Shown: one piece after another, positions 16,741-26,244 of the stretch
Position numbering within the stretch: the first letter of the stretch is position 1
How the letters are laid out: each line of letters starts with the position of its first letter
Sequence record: DRR723986_6333
Length of the DNA stretch: 32,951 nt
Strand: one strand, 5' to 3'
Notes under the pieces: generated by a model
Seen by the model: only the letters and a program-made list of their open reading frames with translations
What the model was told of the DNA's origin: nothing
Databases searched by the model: none
Position numbers and translations under genes: made by a program

Positions 16741-17807
16741 CAGTTGCTGTCCCCGGTCGGTGCAAGCGTCACGATTTCGACCCCACGCGGGGAGGTGACG
16801 CTGAGCGTGGCGGGCAGGGCAGTTGTGGGCAGCGTGATCTCGGTCATGCCGTCAAGCACCCAGCTTTGGGCCTCATGGGGCTGGTTATTGGCGTCGATCA
16901 GACGCACCACAACCGAACTGCCGTCATGCAGGTTGTGACCGCTTGCCGTGGTGAACGGCCCGAGGACAATTCTTGTCGCCTCGATATCGGTGAGGATTGT
17001 AATCCGGGCGCTCAGGGCCGAGCCCGGCAGACTGTCCGCGATGGTCAACCCGATGGCGCGGCTGCTGTGGAACGGAAAATGCATCTGCGCCGTGGCGGTC
17101 CCCGATAGGTCTCGGGTCAGAAGCGGGGCATTGGGCTGACCGCCAATCCAGAGCGCCGGAACCTGCGAAAAGCTGCCATCCGTGTGAGACAACAGAAGGG
17201 TCGACGTGATCCCGTCCGGGATTGTCTGATCGTCCAATGCGGCGGTAACGCGGCCTCGCAGATGCACGACGGTTTCCGGCGACAGGGGTGTTGGCGAGGG
17301 GGACAGATCGGTAGAAAGGCTGGAAAGGGCCGGGGCCACCCGATAGGTTACTCTTTCGGTCTGTCGCAATGCATCGGCGTTGCCGGTTGCTGCCCACGCG
17401 TAGAAGCGGCCCGGAACCGCGCCCGCCGCGACGGCCCGCGCGGCGATGCCGCCCGTTGTGCTAACCAGAGAGGTGCCATCTTCGGCGGTCAAGGCAACCT
17501 CGGTGTCATCCGAGACCAGATTGCCGGCCTGATCCAGAACCAGAGCGGAGATCTGGGCAGCTCCGGTTCCGGCCACGATGCTCTTGTCCCCGAAATGCAG
17601 CAGCAGTGTCTCTGCCGCAGTGGGCAGGATCGTTTCGCCGTCATCGGGCCTTTCCAAAGGCGTAACCAGTCCGGCCCATGTTTGCCGCTCGGGATCGCTG
17701 TCGTCTAGATACAGTCCGAACGCATCGGTCACGATGTCCTGTGCCGGTGCAGACGTGGGGCAGGTCACGCTGATGATGGCCAGAAGGGAAAGGGCAGATC
17801 GGATCAT
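16740..17807 (-). CDS. Secreted beta-rich protein, probable Ig-like (Big/invasin-type) repeats
   Basis: Signal-peptide-like N-terminus; repeated motif LDQAGNLVSDDTEV / LDDQTIPDG / TASGHNLHDGSSV. Start ATG 17807 directly follows the upstream stop (the track starts it at 17825). Confidence 0.55.
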   Translation of the reverse strand: MIRSALSLLAIISVTCPTSAPAQDIVTDAFGLYLDDSDPERQTWAGLVTPLERPDDGETILPTAAETLLLHFGDKSIVAGTGAAQISALVLDQAGNLVSDDTEVALTAEDGTSLVSTTGGIAARAVAAGAVPGRFYAWAATGNADALRQTERVTYRVAPALSSLSTDLSPSPTPLSPETVVHLRGRVTAALDDQTIPDGITSTLLLSHTDGSFSQVPALWIGGQPNAPLLTRDLSGTATAQMHFPFHSSRAIGLTIADSLPGSALSARITILTDIEATRIVLGPFTTASGHNLHDGSSVVVRLIDANNQPHEAQSWVLDGMTEITLPTTALPATLSVTSPRGVEIVTLAPTGDSN

Positions 17808-17808
17808 G

Positions 17809-20800
17809 TCAGAACTCCGGGTCATGGATCATGGACGAGACGGTCAGCCGCAGCGCCGCATAGCCGCCCGCACCGTCCAGCGGGATCGTCCCGATGGTGG
17901 GGTCCGGCAGGTCATCGGCGCTGAAATCCGGCGTCGCATTGTTGAGCGTCAGGCCATCTGCGGTGATATCGGCCAGCGTTTCGACAGCGCTTTCCAGCGG
18001 GATATCGAATGACACCGGCACGCTTTGGCCCGGGTAGATATTGGCGCCCACAAATCCAGCCTCGGCCCATATCGGCAGGCCCTGCGCATCGAGCAGCAGC
18101 GCGGTCAACCGCGTGACAGAAGCGGTCTCGGTCCCGGTATTGACGGCCAGCGCGGTCAGGCGCAGGACGCCCTCGGTTTCCTCGACACGAATGCCGTTAA
18201 GGGAAATGCCGGAATAATACCCGTCGGTCCCCGTCAAGGCACGGGCGTTCAGGCTTGCGCCGACCGGCTCGGCATCGAGCACCGGAGGCAGGAATTGCGT
18301 CGGGTCATAGCCCTGACCGGGGACCGCATCTTCCAGCGACAGAACAGCTTCGAAGTCGATCCGAAAGCCAGCCGTTTCCCCCGGAAGCAGACGTTGCCCC
18401 CCGGTCGTTCCTGCTCCCTGGCTCAGCAGCGTACGGCCGTCTTCGGCGCGCAAGCCCCCGATCAGGGTCAGCGCGGCGGGGTCCATGTCGAGATTGACCA
18501 CCGAACCGACCATGAACAGCCGGTCCTGATAGCGCACCAGACGCGACGCGGGCACCGCAATCTCGGGCCTGTCCAGAAGGTCGCGGTGCAGGTCAGACTC
18601 GGCCCGTGGCTGCCGCCTGCCGGGTGCCGACCATCCGATCTGGGGTTGCCTGTCCAGCCGATGTGGCGATTGTTCGGGACGCAGCCCGATCGGGGCCAGA
18701 TACCAGGTTCCGTCCCGCTCGACCGTGCGGATGGTCAGGACTTCCTCGCGCAGGTCCAGCGCGGTCAGCCAATCCAGCGTCACCCGCCAATCGGCAAGTC
18801 CGGCGCTCTGCTCGATCAGCTCCACGTCGATATTCGTCAGCTTGCCATAGGACGCGACCAGACCGCCGCGCCAGCGCCAAGCAAAGAGCTGGTCTTCAAG
18901 GTCGGGACGGGTTTCCGGATCCAGCCGGTCAAAGGCTGCAGAGAAGCGGCGGAAGTCGAGATCGTCGAAATACGCGGTCACCACATCTTGGGGGGCAAGC
19001 GGGGTGTTGAGGTGCTGCCACAGGCGGGATGCTCCCCAGGCACCGGCAGCCAGCACCACCATGAAAATCCCGATCACCACCCGACGCACACGCAACGGGT
19101 TGGTGAACCCGGCGGCCGGCAGGATGATCGGGCGATAGCACCGGGCAGGGCGCACAGCCCCCCGGCGAATGACCGATCCGGCAAAGACCAGCCCGGACAG
19201 CAGCAGCATTGCGGGCGGAACAATCCCCCACATCAGGCTTTGAACCCGGCCCAGATCGCGGCGTGCGCGCACTGCCGGAAGCGGGCTGACATCGGGGCGT
19301 TCCCAGACCACGACTCCGTTCTGAAGCCTCAGCAGCCGCCGCCACCCGGCGAAGTGCAGCAGCGGGTCGTAGAACTCGTCGTTGGAAAAGACGTATTTCA
19401 GATGGTAATCATCCGCATTCAGCAGGAATTGTCTGAGCGAACCAAGGCCCGGGATGCCCAGATATTTCGCGTTCTCCAGCCGTTCGACCGAAAACCGGGT
19501 CAGGTCGGGCAATCGGCGGACCGAGTGGTAATTGCCGTCAACCGATTGCGCCTCCATCTGCGCCGACAGATAGGCAAACTGATCGCCAAACCCCAGGGTC
19601 AGGTATCTCCAGCGATCATGATCGTCCGAGTTCATGAACTCCACGATCGGCGTGGGGTTGATGAACTCCGGCTGAGTTTGACGTATCGTGGGAAGGATGG
19701 CGGCGAGAACCGCAACAGCGACGAAGCCCAGAAACAGGCCGCCCACGATGATCCCGCGCGCGGCGCGCCCGAAAGCCCCCACGATCAGCCGGCCGCTGCG
19801 CCCGTTGATCAGCCCGTCGAACACGAGGCCAAGAAACGGGAGGATTAGGATCGTCCCCCAGAAGGTGAAGCGATCCAGCGTCAGGATGTCGAAGGCTCCG
19901 CCAAGGATGGCGCGTGAAATCGGCGTTGTGCCTCCGGTGCCGAGAATGAAGCACAGGAACAGCGCGCCGCCGAGCGGCCAAAGCCGTGTGCGGACGCTTT
20001 TCAGCGCGGCATAGGGGAGGAATAGCAGCGCCATGCCCCAGGGCAGCAGGAAGAAAATAAAACCCAGGTCACGCCGTTCGAGATAGTTTTCACGCGATCC
20101 GTGCGGGATCGGGACTTGGGTGATCGGGTCCGAAATCGACCAGATCCAATAGGGCAGGATGGTCAGGACAATGGCGCAGATGAGGCTGACCGCCAGGATC
20201 AGCCCACGCCCGAGCGGCGGCAGAAACCGGGTGACGTAAGGCCAGAACCGATAGGTCAGTGCTGCACGAACCTGGTCTGCCGGTTTTGAAATCGGGTGCA
20301 GGTCGGTCGTTGCGGTCAGAGCATGAAGGCCGATCGGAATGATGAACAGCACCGCCCCACAGATCGTCGTGACATGATGGGCGGCGGTTGTGGCCGCGCC
20401 GAAAATGACCGCTGCGGCAAAGTTCCCAAGGCCGCCTTCGGCGATCCAGCGATACACATAGGGCATTCCGTTCAGGAAAATCGCAAGTGAGAAGATCGTC
20501 GGAAGCTGACCGAACAGATGGACCGTCTCGGAAATCGCCGAGGATAAGGACAGAAAGATTGCCGCATATCCGGCGGCGACCGGTGGCACCCAAAGCAACG
20601 AGAACCGGTAGACTCCGACGGTCAGCAGGATCAGCGCGAGAAGCTGCACCACCACAAAGGCCGCGCGCAGGGGCATGATCTGCGACAGGGCTCCGATGGC
20701 CATATGCGTGCCGGGGGGGGTAGGAGGTCGTCAGAAACCCGGTATACCAGCGGTCGTCCCAATGATCGAACCAGCTTCGAGCATAGCTGTCGCCAAAGAA

Positions 20801-20971
20801 CATGTGGATGAACGCATCATAAGTGTTGCCATGGGTGAAGGGCAGCAGCCCGCCGTGAAACAACACGGTTGCCGCCAATGCGACGACAAGCAAACCCAAC
20901 CCGGCACGCAGATCCTGCGTGACAGGCTGAACGGTGCCAGTCTGATCATTGGCGGAAAGGGTCATCTTCAT
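17809..20971 (-). pseudogene. Large polytopic membrane protein (GT-C-like / PTPS-related membrane domain, C-terminal FxLYD-like domains), frameshifted at a C8 tract (G8 at 20713-20720 on + strand)
   Basis: 5' part (TYDAFIHMFF..WDDRWYTGF.TTSYPP) is in ORF 20090-20971 and the remainder is in ORF 17809-20703. Removing one C gives TSYPPGTHMAIGAL and about 1053 aa. Many TM segments; C-terminal LLPGETAGFRIDF and NIYPGQSVPVSF repeats. Confidence 0.75.
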
Positions 20972-21023
20972 CCTGTTGTTGGGAAATGGTGGCGCCGGTC
21001 AGCGGGCCTGATCCGGGTCCGGT

Positions 21024-21701
21024 TCAGATCAGCCCGGCGTCGCGCGCGATCATCGCGGCGTGAGTCCGGTTGCGTGCATCGAGCTTGCGGCTCAGGGTCT
21101 TGACGTGGAACTTGACGGTAACTTCCTGAATGCTGTGCATCAGGGCGATTTCCTTGTTGGACAGCCCGTCCGCCAGCCCGCGCAGCACGTCCAGTTCGCG
21201 AGGCTTCAGGCCGAAATCGCCGGGGCTGTCCGCTTGCTGCTGATAGTCGTAGGGCAGGTATTTCTCTCCCGCAGCGATGAACTGAATCGCTGCCGCCAGC
21301 GTTCTGGACGACATGGATTTCGGCAGAAAGCCACTCGCCCCAAGCGCAATCGCTTCCTGCACCTTATGGGGTTGCATGGCACCTGACATCATCGCAACCG
21401 GCACGCCCTTTGCGGCCTCCAGCATCCGCTCCAGTCCGCGCAGATTGTCCATGCCGGGCATCTGGAGATCCAGCAACACCACATCGACAGAGTCCATCTG
21501 GTCGAAAGCCAGCAGCGCCTCGTCGAGAGACCCGACCCCGTAGACTTCCGCCATGCCATTTTGCGACAGGAAACAGGCAATCGTTTCGCGCACAAGGTCA
21601 TGGTCATCCGCCAGAAGCACGCGAAGCGCCGCCGGACCCGCCCCACCAAACGGGGATTGCCGGGGCGGTGTCGTGCGGTCCTGGGATCTGAAAGCAGCCA
21701 T
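21024..21701 (-). CDS. NarL/LuxR-family response regulator (RR2)
   Basis: VLLADDHD, LLDLQMPG, FLPK, GLSNKEIA..QEVTVKFHVKTLSRKLDARNRTHAA; AAAGGA RBS before the ATG. Confidence 0.92.
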   Translation of the reverse strand: MAAFRSQDRTTPPRQSPFGGAGPAALRVLLADDHDLVRETIACFLSQNGMAEVYGVGSLDEALLAFDQMDSVDVVLLDLQMPGMDNLRGLERMLEAAKGVPVAMMSGAMQPHKVQEAIALGASGFLPKSMSSRTLAAAIQFIAAGEKYLPYDYQQQADSPGDFGLKPRELDVLRGLADGLSNKEIALMHSIQEVTVKFHVKTLSRKLDARNRTHAAMIARDAGLI

Positions 21702-21808
21702 CGTCTATCCTTTGGTTTGCGCCTTGCATCATCCCGGTAGGCTATGGAACGCTTGCCGCGGGTTCAATTTCTAGAATGGTCAATGGCTGCCGATTACGCA
21801 CATGTCCC

Positions 21809-21824
21809 ATAGCCTTAAGGATAG
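21809..21824. promoter_or_regulatory. Candidate operator, copy C (ATAGCCTTAAGGATAG)
   Basis: Imperfect palindrome, 12/16 identical to copy A, between divergent RR2 and the EamA gene. Confidence 0.45.
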
Positions 21825-21983
21825 CGGTCTGCGCTTTCGTGGTAGAAACGCACCTGTGTCTGCCCGGAAGTGTAAGGTCCAACCGCGCCCACAGCGACGC
21901 GCTCCGAAAGTCCCCGCCAGCGACATCTTCGCGTCGTGTTCGGCAAAGTGGCCTGCGGGTTTTCTGCTTAGGCAGGACAAAGA

Positions 21984-22922
21984 GTGACCCATTCAGACCC
22001 CCATATGACTGCCGCCCTGCCGGGTGAGGCTTCGGACCACCCCCATCGGGCCGGGCTGATCTTCGTGTTCACGGCGGGTGTGTTATGGTCGACCGTCGGG
22101 CTTGGCATCCGGTTGATTGAAGATGCAGTCGTCTGGCAGATCCTGCTCTACCGATCTGTCAGCCTGTCGATCCTGCTGTATGTTGTGGTGCGGCTGCGCA
22201 CCGGGCGCGGTCCGGTCAGCCATATCCGCCAGACCGGCTGGCCTGCCATCGTGGCGGGGCTGTCGCTGGTCGCGGCCTATGCGGGCGGCATCTATGCGAT
22301 ACAGGCCACATCCGTCGCCAATGCCATGCTGCTGTTTGCCACTGCGCCGTTTCTGACTGCGGTTCTTGGGTGGCTGGTGCTTCGGGAACCTGTGCGCAAG
22401 GCAACCTGGCTGTCGATCTTCGTGGCCATAGCCGGGATTGGCATCATGGTGGCGGACAAGTCCGCGGGGGCGGCCCTGGCGGGCAGCCTGGCCGCAATCG
22501 GGTCGGCGCTTGGCTTCGCGATATTCACCGTGGCCCTGAGATGGGGAAAGTCGGGCGAGATGCTGCCCGCCGTCTTCCTGTCGGGTCTCTTTGCAATTGC
22601 CATCACCGCCGCGATCTGCCTGCTGTCGGGACTGCCGCTGGTCCTTTCCGGCAATGATGCTGGCATCGCCATGGGCATGGGGGTGTTCCAGGTCGGTGCC
22701 GGGTTGATTCTCTACACGCTCGGGTCACGGAGCTTGCCAGCGGCCGAGCTGACGCTTCTGTCGCTGGCCGAAGTGCTGCTCGGGCCATTCTGGGTCTGGC
22801 TGTTTCTGGGCGAAACGGCAACGGTCAACACGTTGATCGGCGGGGTTATCTTGCTGGCGGCTATTGTCGGCAATGCGCTGTCCGGGGCGCGGCGAAAACC
22901 GCCTCCCATCACCGCACCCTGA
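21984..22922 (+). CDS. EamA/DMT-family transporter
   Basis: About 10 TM segments in two repeats (WSTVG..YRS; ATAPFLTAVLGWLVLRE; AEVLLGPFWVWLFLGE). Start is GTG 21984 or ATG 22005. Confidence 0.88.
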   Translation: MTHSDPHMTAALPGEASDHPHRAGLIFVFTAGVLWSTVGLGIRLIEDAVVWQILLYRSVSLSILLYVVVRLRTGRGPVSHIRQTGWPAIVAGLSLVAAYAGGIYAIQATSVANAMLLFATAPFLTAVLGWLVLREPVRKATWLSIFVAIAGIGIMVADKSAGAALAGSLAAIGSALGFAIFTVALRWGKSGEMLPAVFLSGLFAIAITAAICLLSGLPLVLSGNDAGIAMGMGVFQVGAGLILYTLGSRSLPAAELTLLSLAEVLLGPFWVWLFLGETATVNTLIGGVILLAAIVGNALSGARRKPPPITAP

Positions 22923-22924
22923 GG

Positions 22925-23524
22925 TCAGACCAGTTGCCGGTCGCGGGCAATCATGGCGGCCTGCGTGCGGTTTCTGGCGTCGAGCTTTCGGCACAATGTC
23001 TTGACATGCAGCTTGATCGTCACTTCCTGCAGGTTCAGGTCGTGGGCGATTTCCTTGTTCGACTTGCCGTCGCATACGGCGTGCAGAACCTCTGTCTCTC
23101 GGGCCGTCAATCTGGATAAGCGACCTTCATCGGCCTGCCTCTGCAGATCGACCGGCAGAAACACCTCGCCAGAGGCCATCAGGCGAATGGCCCCGATCAT
23201 TGCCTTGGCGCTCATGGTCTTGGGGACAAAGCCGATCGCCCCGGCCTTGATGGCGTCTTGGGCGATTGCCGGTGTGGCGGTTCCCGACAGGATCGCCACG
23301 GGCTTGCCCTTCATCACCTCTTTCATCCGCTTGACGCCTTCCAGACCGTTCATGCCGTGCATGTTGTAGTCCAGCAGGGCAAGGTCGAAACTGCTGGCGG
23401 CGGCGGCGGTCAGGGCATCTGGCAGATTCCGGGCGGTTTCAACCTCGTCCACTCCTTCGGATTTCAGAAAGAGACTGACCGTGTCGCGCACCAGATCGTG
23501 ATCATCCGCAAGGATAATGCGCAT
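22925..23524 (-). CDS. NarL/LuxR-family response regulator (RR3)
   Basis: MRIILADDHD, LLDYNMHG, FVPK, LTARETEVL..GKSNKEIAHDLNLQEVTIKLHVKTLCRKLDARNRT. Confidence 0.93.
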   Translation of the reverse strand: MRIILADDHDLVRDTVSLFLKSEGVDEVETARNLPDALTAAAASSFDLALLDYNMHGMNGLEGVKRMKEVMKGKPVAILSGTATPAIAQDAIKAGAIGFVPKTMSAKAMIGAIRLMASGEVFLPVDLQRQADEGRLSRLTARETEVLHAVCDGKSNKEIAHDLNLQEVTIKLHVKTLCRKLDARNRTQAAMIARDRQLV

Positions 23525-23589
23525 GTGTATCCTTTCGAGATCGCTCTGCGGACCATGCTAACGGATGCAACCGCGAGAGGGAATAGCAG

Positions 23590-24525
23590 CTAGCCGTCAC
23601 GGAACGGGACGGCGGCGGCCTGCATGGCGGCGATCAACGCATCCCGCTTGCGGGCGAGGCTTTCCGTCTCGGCACCGGCAGCGGCGGCGGTCATGCCCGC
23701 GACCAGACGTTCGGCGGTTTCCGTGTCCAGATGAGGCGTGCCCAGATCGTCCCACCAGCGGTTGAAGCTGTCGGTGTAGCGGGCGCAGAATTCTGCCAAC
23801 CCGCCCGCGCCCGCCCCCAGATGAAACAGGGTCGTGGGGCCCATTGCCGCCCATCTAAGGCCGGGCCCGGCCCAAACCGCGGTATCCACATCCTCCACAC
23901 TGGCCACGCCCTCATTGACCAGATGGATCGCCTCTCGCCACAGGGCTGCCTGAAGCCGGTTGGCCACATGGCCGGGGACTTCCTTGTTCACGCGGATGGT
24001 GACCTTGCCGACCCCGGTATAGAATCGGTCCGCCATGTCGACCGCGCCGGGGCGGGTTCTGTCATTGCCCATGATTTCCACCAGCGGGATCAGGTGGGGC
24101 GGGTTGAAGGGATGGCCCAGAACCAGCGCGCCCGGATCGCACCATCCGCCCTGCATTTCCGTCAGCGTCAGGCCAGAGGCAGACGAGGCAACCACCGCAT
24201 CCGGGGCCAGCGCAGGTTCGATCCGGGCATATAGCGCGTGTTTGATGTCCAGCCGTTCCGGCACGCTCTCCTGAATGAACCTCGCACCGGCCACCGCCTC
24301 GGCGGGGTCATCGGTGAACCGCAGTTCACCCGGTGCGCCGTCCTTGACCAGCCCAAGCTGTTCCAGCACCGGCCAGGCCCGGTCCACATAAGCCCGGACC
24401 TGTGCCTCGGCCCCGTGGGCCGGGTCACTGACGGCGACGGATTTGCCAGCGGCCAGAAACAGCGCGGTCCAGCTTGCGCCGATGACACCTGCGCCGATCA
24501 CGGCGGTTTGTTCGAGGTTTCCCAT
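23590..24525 (-). CDS. 3-hydroxyacyl-CoA dehydrogenase family protein, carnitine 3-dehydrogenase-like
   Basis: VIGAGVIGASW, IQESVPERLDIK, ASSASG, GHPFNPPHLIPLVE, GHVANRLQAALWREA, GPGLRWA.MGP; ATG overlaps the upstream TGA. Confidence 0.85.
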   Translation of the reverse strand: MGNLEQTAVIGAGVIGASWTALFLAAGKSVAVSDPAHGAEAQVRAYVDRAWPVLEQLGLVKDGAPGELRFTDDPAEAVAGARFIQESVPERLDIKHALYARIEPALAPDAVVASSASGLTLTEMQGGWCDPGALVLGHPFNPPHLIPLVEIMGNDRTRPGAVDMADRFYTGVGKVTIRVNKEVPGHVANRLQAALWREAIHLVNEGVASVEDVDTAVWAGPGLRWAAMGPTTLFHLGAGAGGLAEFCARYTDSFNRWWDDLGTPHLDTETAERLVAGMTAAAAGAETESLARKRDALIAAMQAAAVPFRDG

Positions 24526-25271
24526 CAGAATAGTCCCGGTTGCAGAGGGGAGGCCGCTGTCATCCCGCCATCGACGGTCAGGCATTGGCCGGTGATAAAA
24601 CGCGCCTCGTCAGATACCAGCCATGCGACAGTGCGGGCGATATCTTCGGGGCTGCCAAAACGGCCAGCGGGGTGACGGGCCAGCGCATCGGCCTTGGCGG
24701 CGTCGGGGTTCCTGGCAAGCGCGAAGGCGTCGTCGGCCATGGCGGTCATGATCCAGCCGGGGCTGACCGCATTGCAGCGCACCCTTGGCCCGTGATCCAC
24801 TGCGATAGACCGGGTCAGCCCGTGAACGAAGGCCTTCGACGCGTTGTAAAGCGCCATGGACGGGTCCGCGACATTGCCCGAGATCGAGCCGATATTGACG
24901 ATGACGCCGCCTTCTTTCTGCATCCCCGGCAAAACGGCGCGCGCCATGTTGAAAACGCCCCGGCAATTGGCCCCGATGACGAGATCCCAGTCGGCATCGC
25001 TGCTGTCGGCCACGGTCTTTTCCACCTGAACGCCCGCGTTGTTCACAAGGATCGTGGGCGTGCCGAAAGCGGCTTGCGTCGCGGCGACGATCCGCCCGGC
25101 ATCCTCTGGCCGCGCCACATCACCCGTAACCCAGCCAATCGCATCTGGCAGGCCATCGGGCCGCGCACCGCGCCCGCAGGTCATGACCTTGGCCCCATCC
25201 GCCGCCAACCTGTCGACGATGGCGCGTCCGATCCCCCGGCTGCCGCCGGTCACGATGGCAACGCCCCCCAT
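24525..25271 (-). CDS. SDR-family oxidoreductase
   Basis: TGGSRGIG, LVNNAG, NIGS, YNASK, NAVSPG; TGATG coupling to the upstream gene. Confidence 0.92.
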   Translation of the reverse strand: MGGVAIVTGGSRGIGRAIVDRLAADGAKVMTCGRGARPDGLPDAIGWVTGDVARPEDAGRIVAATQAAFGTPTILVNNAGVQVEKTVADSSDADWDLVIGANCRGVFNMARAVLPGMQKEGGVIVNIGSISGNVADPSMALYNASKAFVHGLTRSIAVDHGPRVRCNAVSPGWIMTAMADDAFALARNPDAAKADALARHPAGRFGSPEDIARTVAWLVSDEARFITGQCLTVDGGMTAASPLQPGLF

Positions 25272-26203
25272 CAGAACGCCACCCGGTCGCCGCCCTTGAG
25301 CGCCAGCCGTTCCCGTGCTTCGGCCGGCGTTGCAACGCTGAGGCCCAGGTTTTCCACGATGGAGCGGATCTTGAGCACCTGTTCGGCGTTGGACGTCGCA
25401 AGTTCGCCCTTGCCGATGTATAGACTGTCCTCCAGCCCGACCCGCAGATTGCCGCCCAAAAGCGCGCTTTGCGTGGCGAAGGGCATCTGGTGGCGGCCCG
25501 CAGCCAGAACCGACCATTCGTAGTTTTCTGCCCCGAACAGCCGGTCCGCCACCTTGTGCATATGCATCAGGTTGTCCAGCTCGGCGCCCACGCCGCCCAG
25601 AATGCCGAACACCATCTGGATGAAGAAGGGCGGCTTGATCAGCCCCTGATCGACGAACCATTTGACGTTGTAGAGATGGCCAAGATCATAGCACTCGAAT
25701 TCGAACCTGGTGCCATGCGTTTCGCCCAGGTTCTTCAGCGCGTATTCTATTGTGGCGAATGTGTTGGGGAAGATGAAATCGCGGGTCATGGCAAGGAACT
25801 CGGGTTCCCAGTCATGTTTCCAGTCGCTGTATTTGTCCAGCATCGGGAAGATGCCGAAATTCATGCTGCCCATGTTGAGGCTGGCCATTTCGGGGCTGGC
25901 ATCAGTGGCGGCGCGCAGGCGTTCCTCCATGGACATGCCAAGCCCTGCTCCGGTGCTGACATTGATCACCGCATCGGTCGCCTGCTTGATGACCGGCAGG
26001 AACTGCTGGAAGGTCTCTGTGCGCGGATCGGGTTTGCCGGTTTCGGGGTCGCGGGCGTGAAGATGGATGATCGACGCGCCAGCCTCTGCTGCCTCGATGC
26101 TGGCGGTGGCGATCTCTGCCGGTGTGATCGGAAGGTGGGGGGACATGGTTGGCGTGTGGATGCCGCCCGTGGGCGCGCAGGTGATGATCACGGATTTGGG
26201 CAT
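25271..26203 (-). CDS. Beta-keto acid cleavage enzyme (BKACE/DUF849; CdhC/Kce family)
   Basis: IITCAPTG, LPITP.EIA, GASIIHLHARDP, PEMASLNMGSMNFG, EFECYD.GH, GGNLRVGLED; start ATG 26203 with GGAG RBS. Confidence 0.92.
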   Translation of the reverse strand: MPKSVIITCAPTGGIHTPTMSPHLPITPAEIATASIEAAEAGASIIHLHARDPETGKPDPRTETFQQFLPVIKQATDAVINVSTGAGLGMSMEERLRAATDASPEMASLNMGSMNFGIFPMLDKYSDWKHDWEPEFLAMTRDFIFPNTFATIEYALKNLGETHGTRFEFECYDLGHLYNVKWFVDQGLIKPPFFIQMVFGILGGVGAELDNLMHMHKVADRLFGAENYEWSVLAAGRHQMPFATQSALLGGNLRVGLEDSLYIGKGELATSNAEQVLKIRSIVENLGLSVATPAEARERLALKGGDRVAF

Positions 26204-26219
26204 TGCGGTCTCCGATGTC

Positions 26220-26242
26220 GTAGGGTGGGCAGTTTGCCCACC
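26220..26242 (+). repeat. GTAG-type REP element (GTAG + GGTGGGCA-GTT-TGCCCACC)
   Basis: GTAG tetranucleotide followed by a perfect 8-bp stem, in the intergenic gap between SDR and BKACE. Confidence 0.7.
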
Positions 26243-26244
26243 TG

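Noticed and set aside
15301-16938. 545-aa + strand ORF
   Set aside because: Antisense to the glycoside hydrolase, which has clear catalytic motifs.
18025-19848. 607-aa + strand ORF
   Set aside because: Antisense shadow of the large membrane protein gene; no recognisable motifs; typical of high-GC coding DNA.
20090-20700. C-terminal two-thirds of the 293-aa ORF 20090-20971 as a real protein
   Set aside because: Out-of-frame read-through after the C8 frameshift; it overlaps the true reading frame.
1-21701. tRNA-anchored genomic island
   Set aside because: The accessory-looking cargo abuts a tRNA 3' end, but I found no integrase, transposase or direct repeat of the tRNA end, and no obvious compositional break. 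It cannot be supported from this window.
21705-23542. Motif-like sites at 21705-21720 and 23527-23542 as full operators
   Set aside because: The matching half (AAAGGATA) is explained by the ribosome-binding sites of RR2 and RR3, so they were not listed as features.
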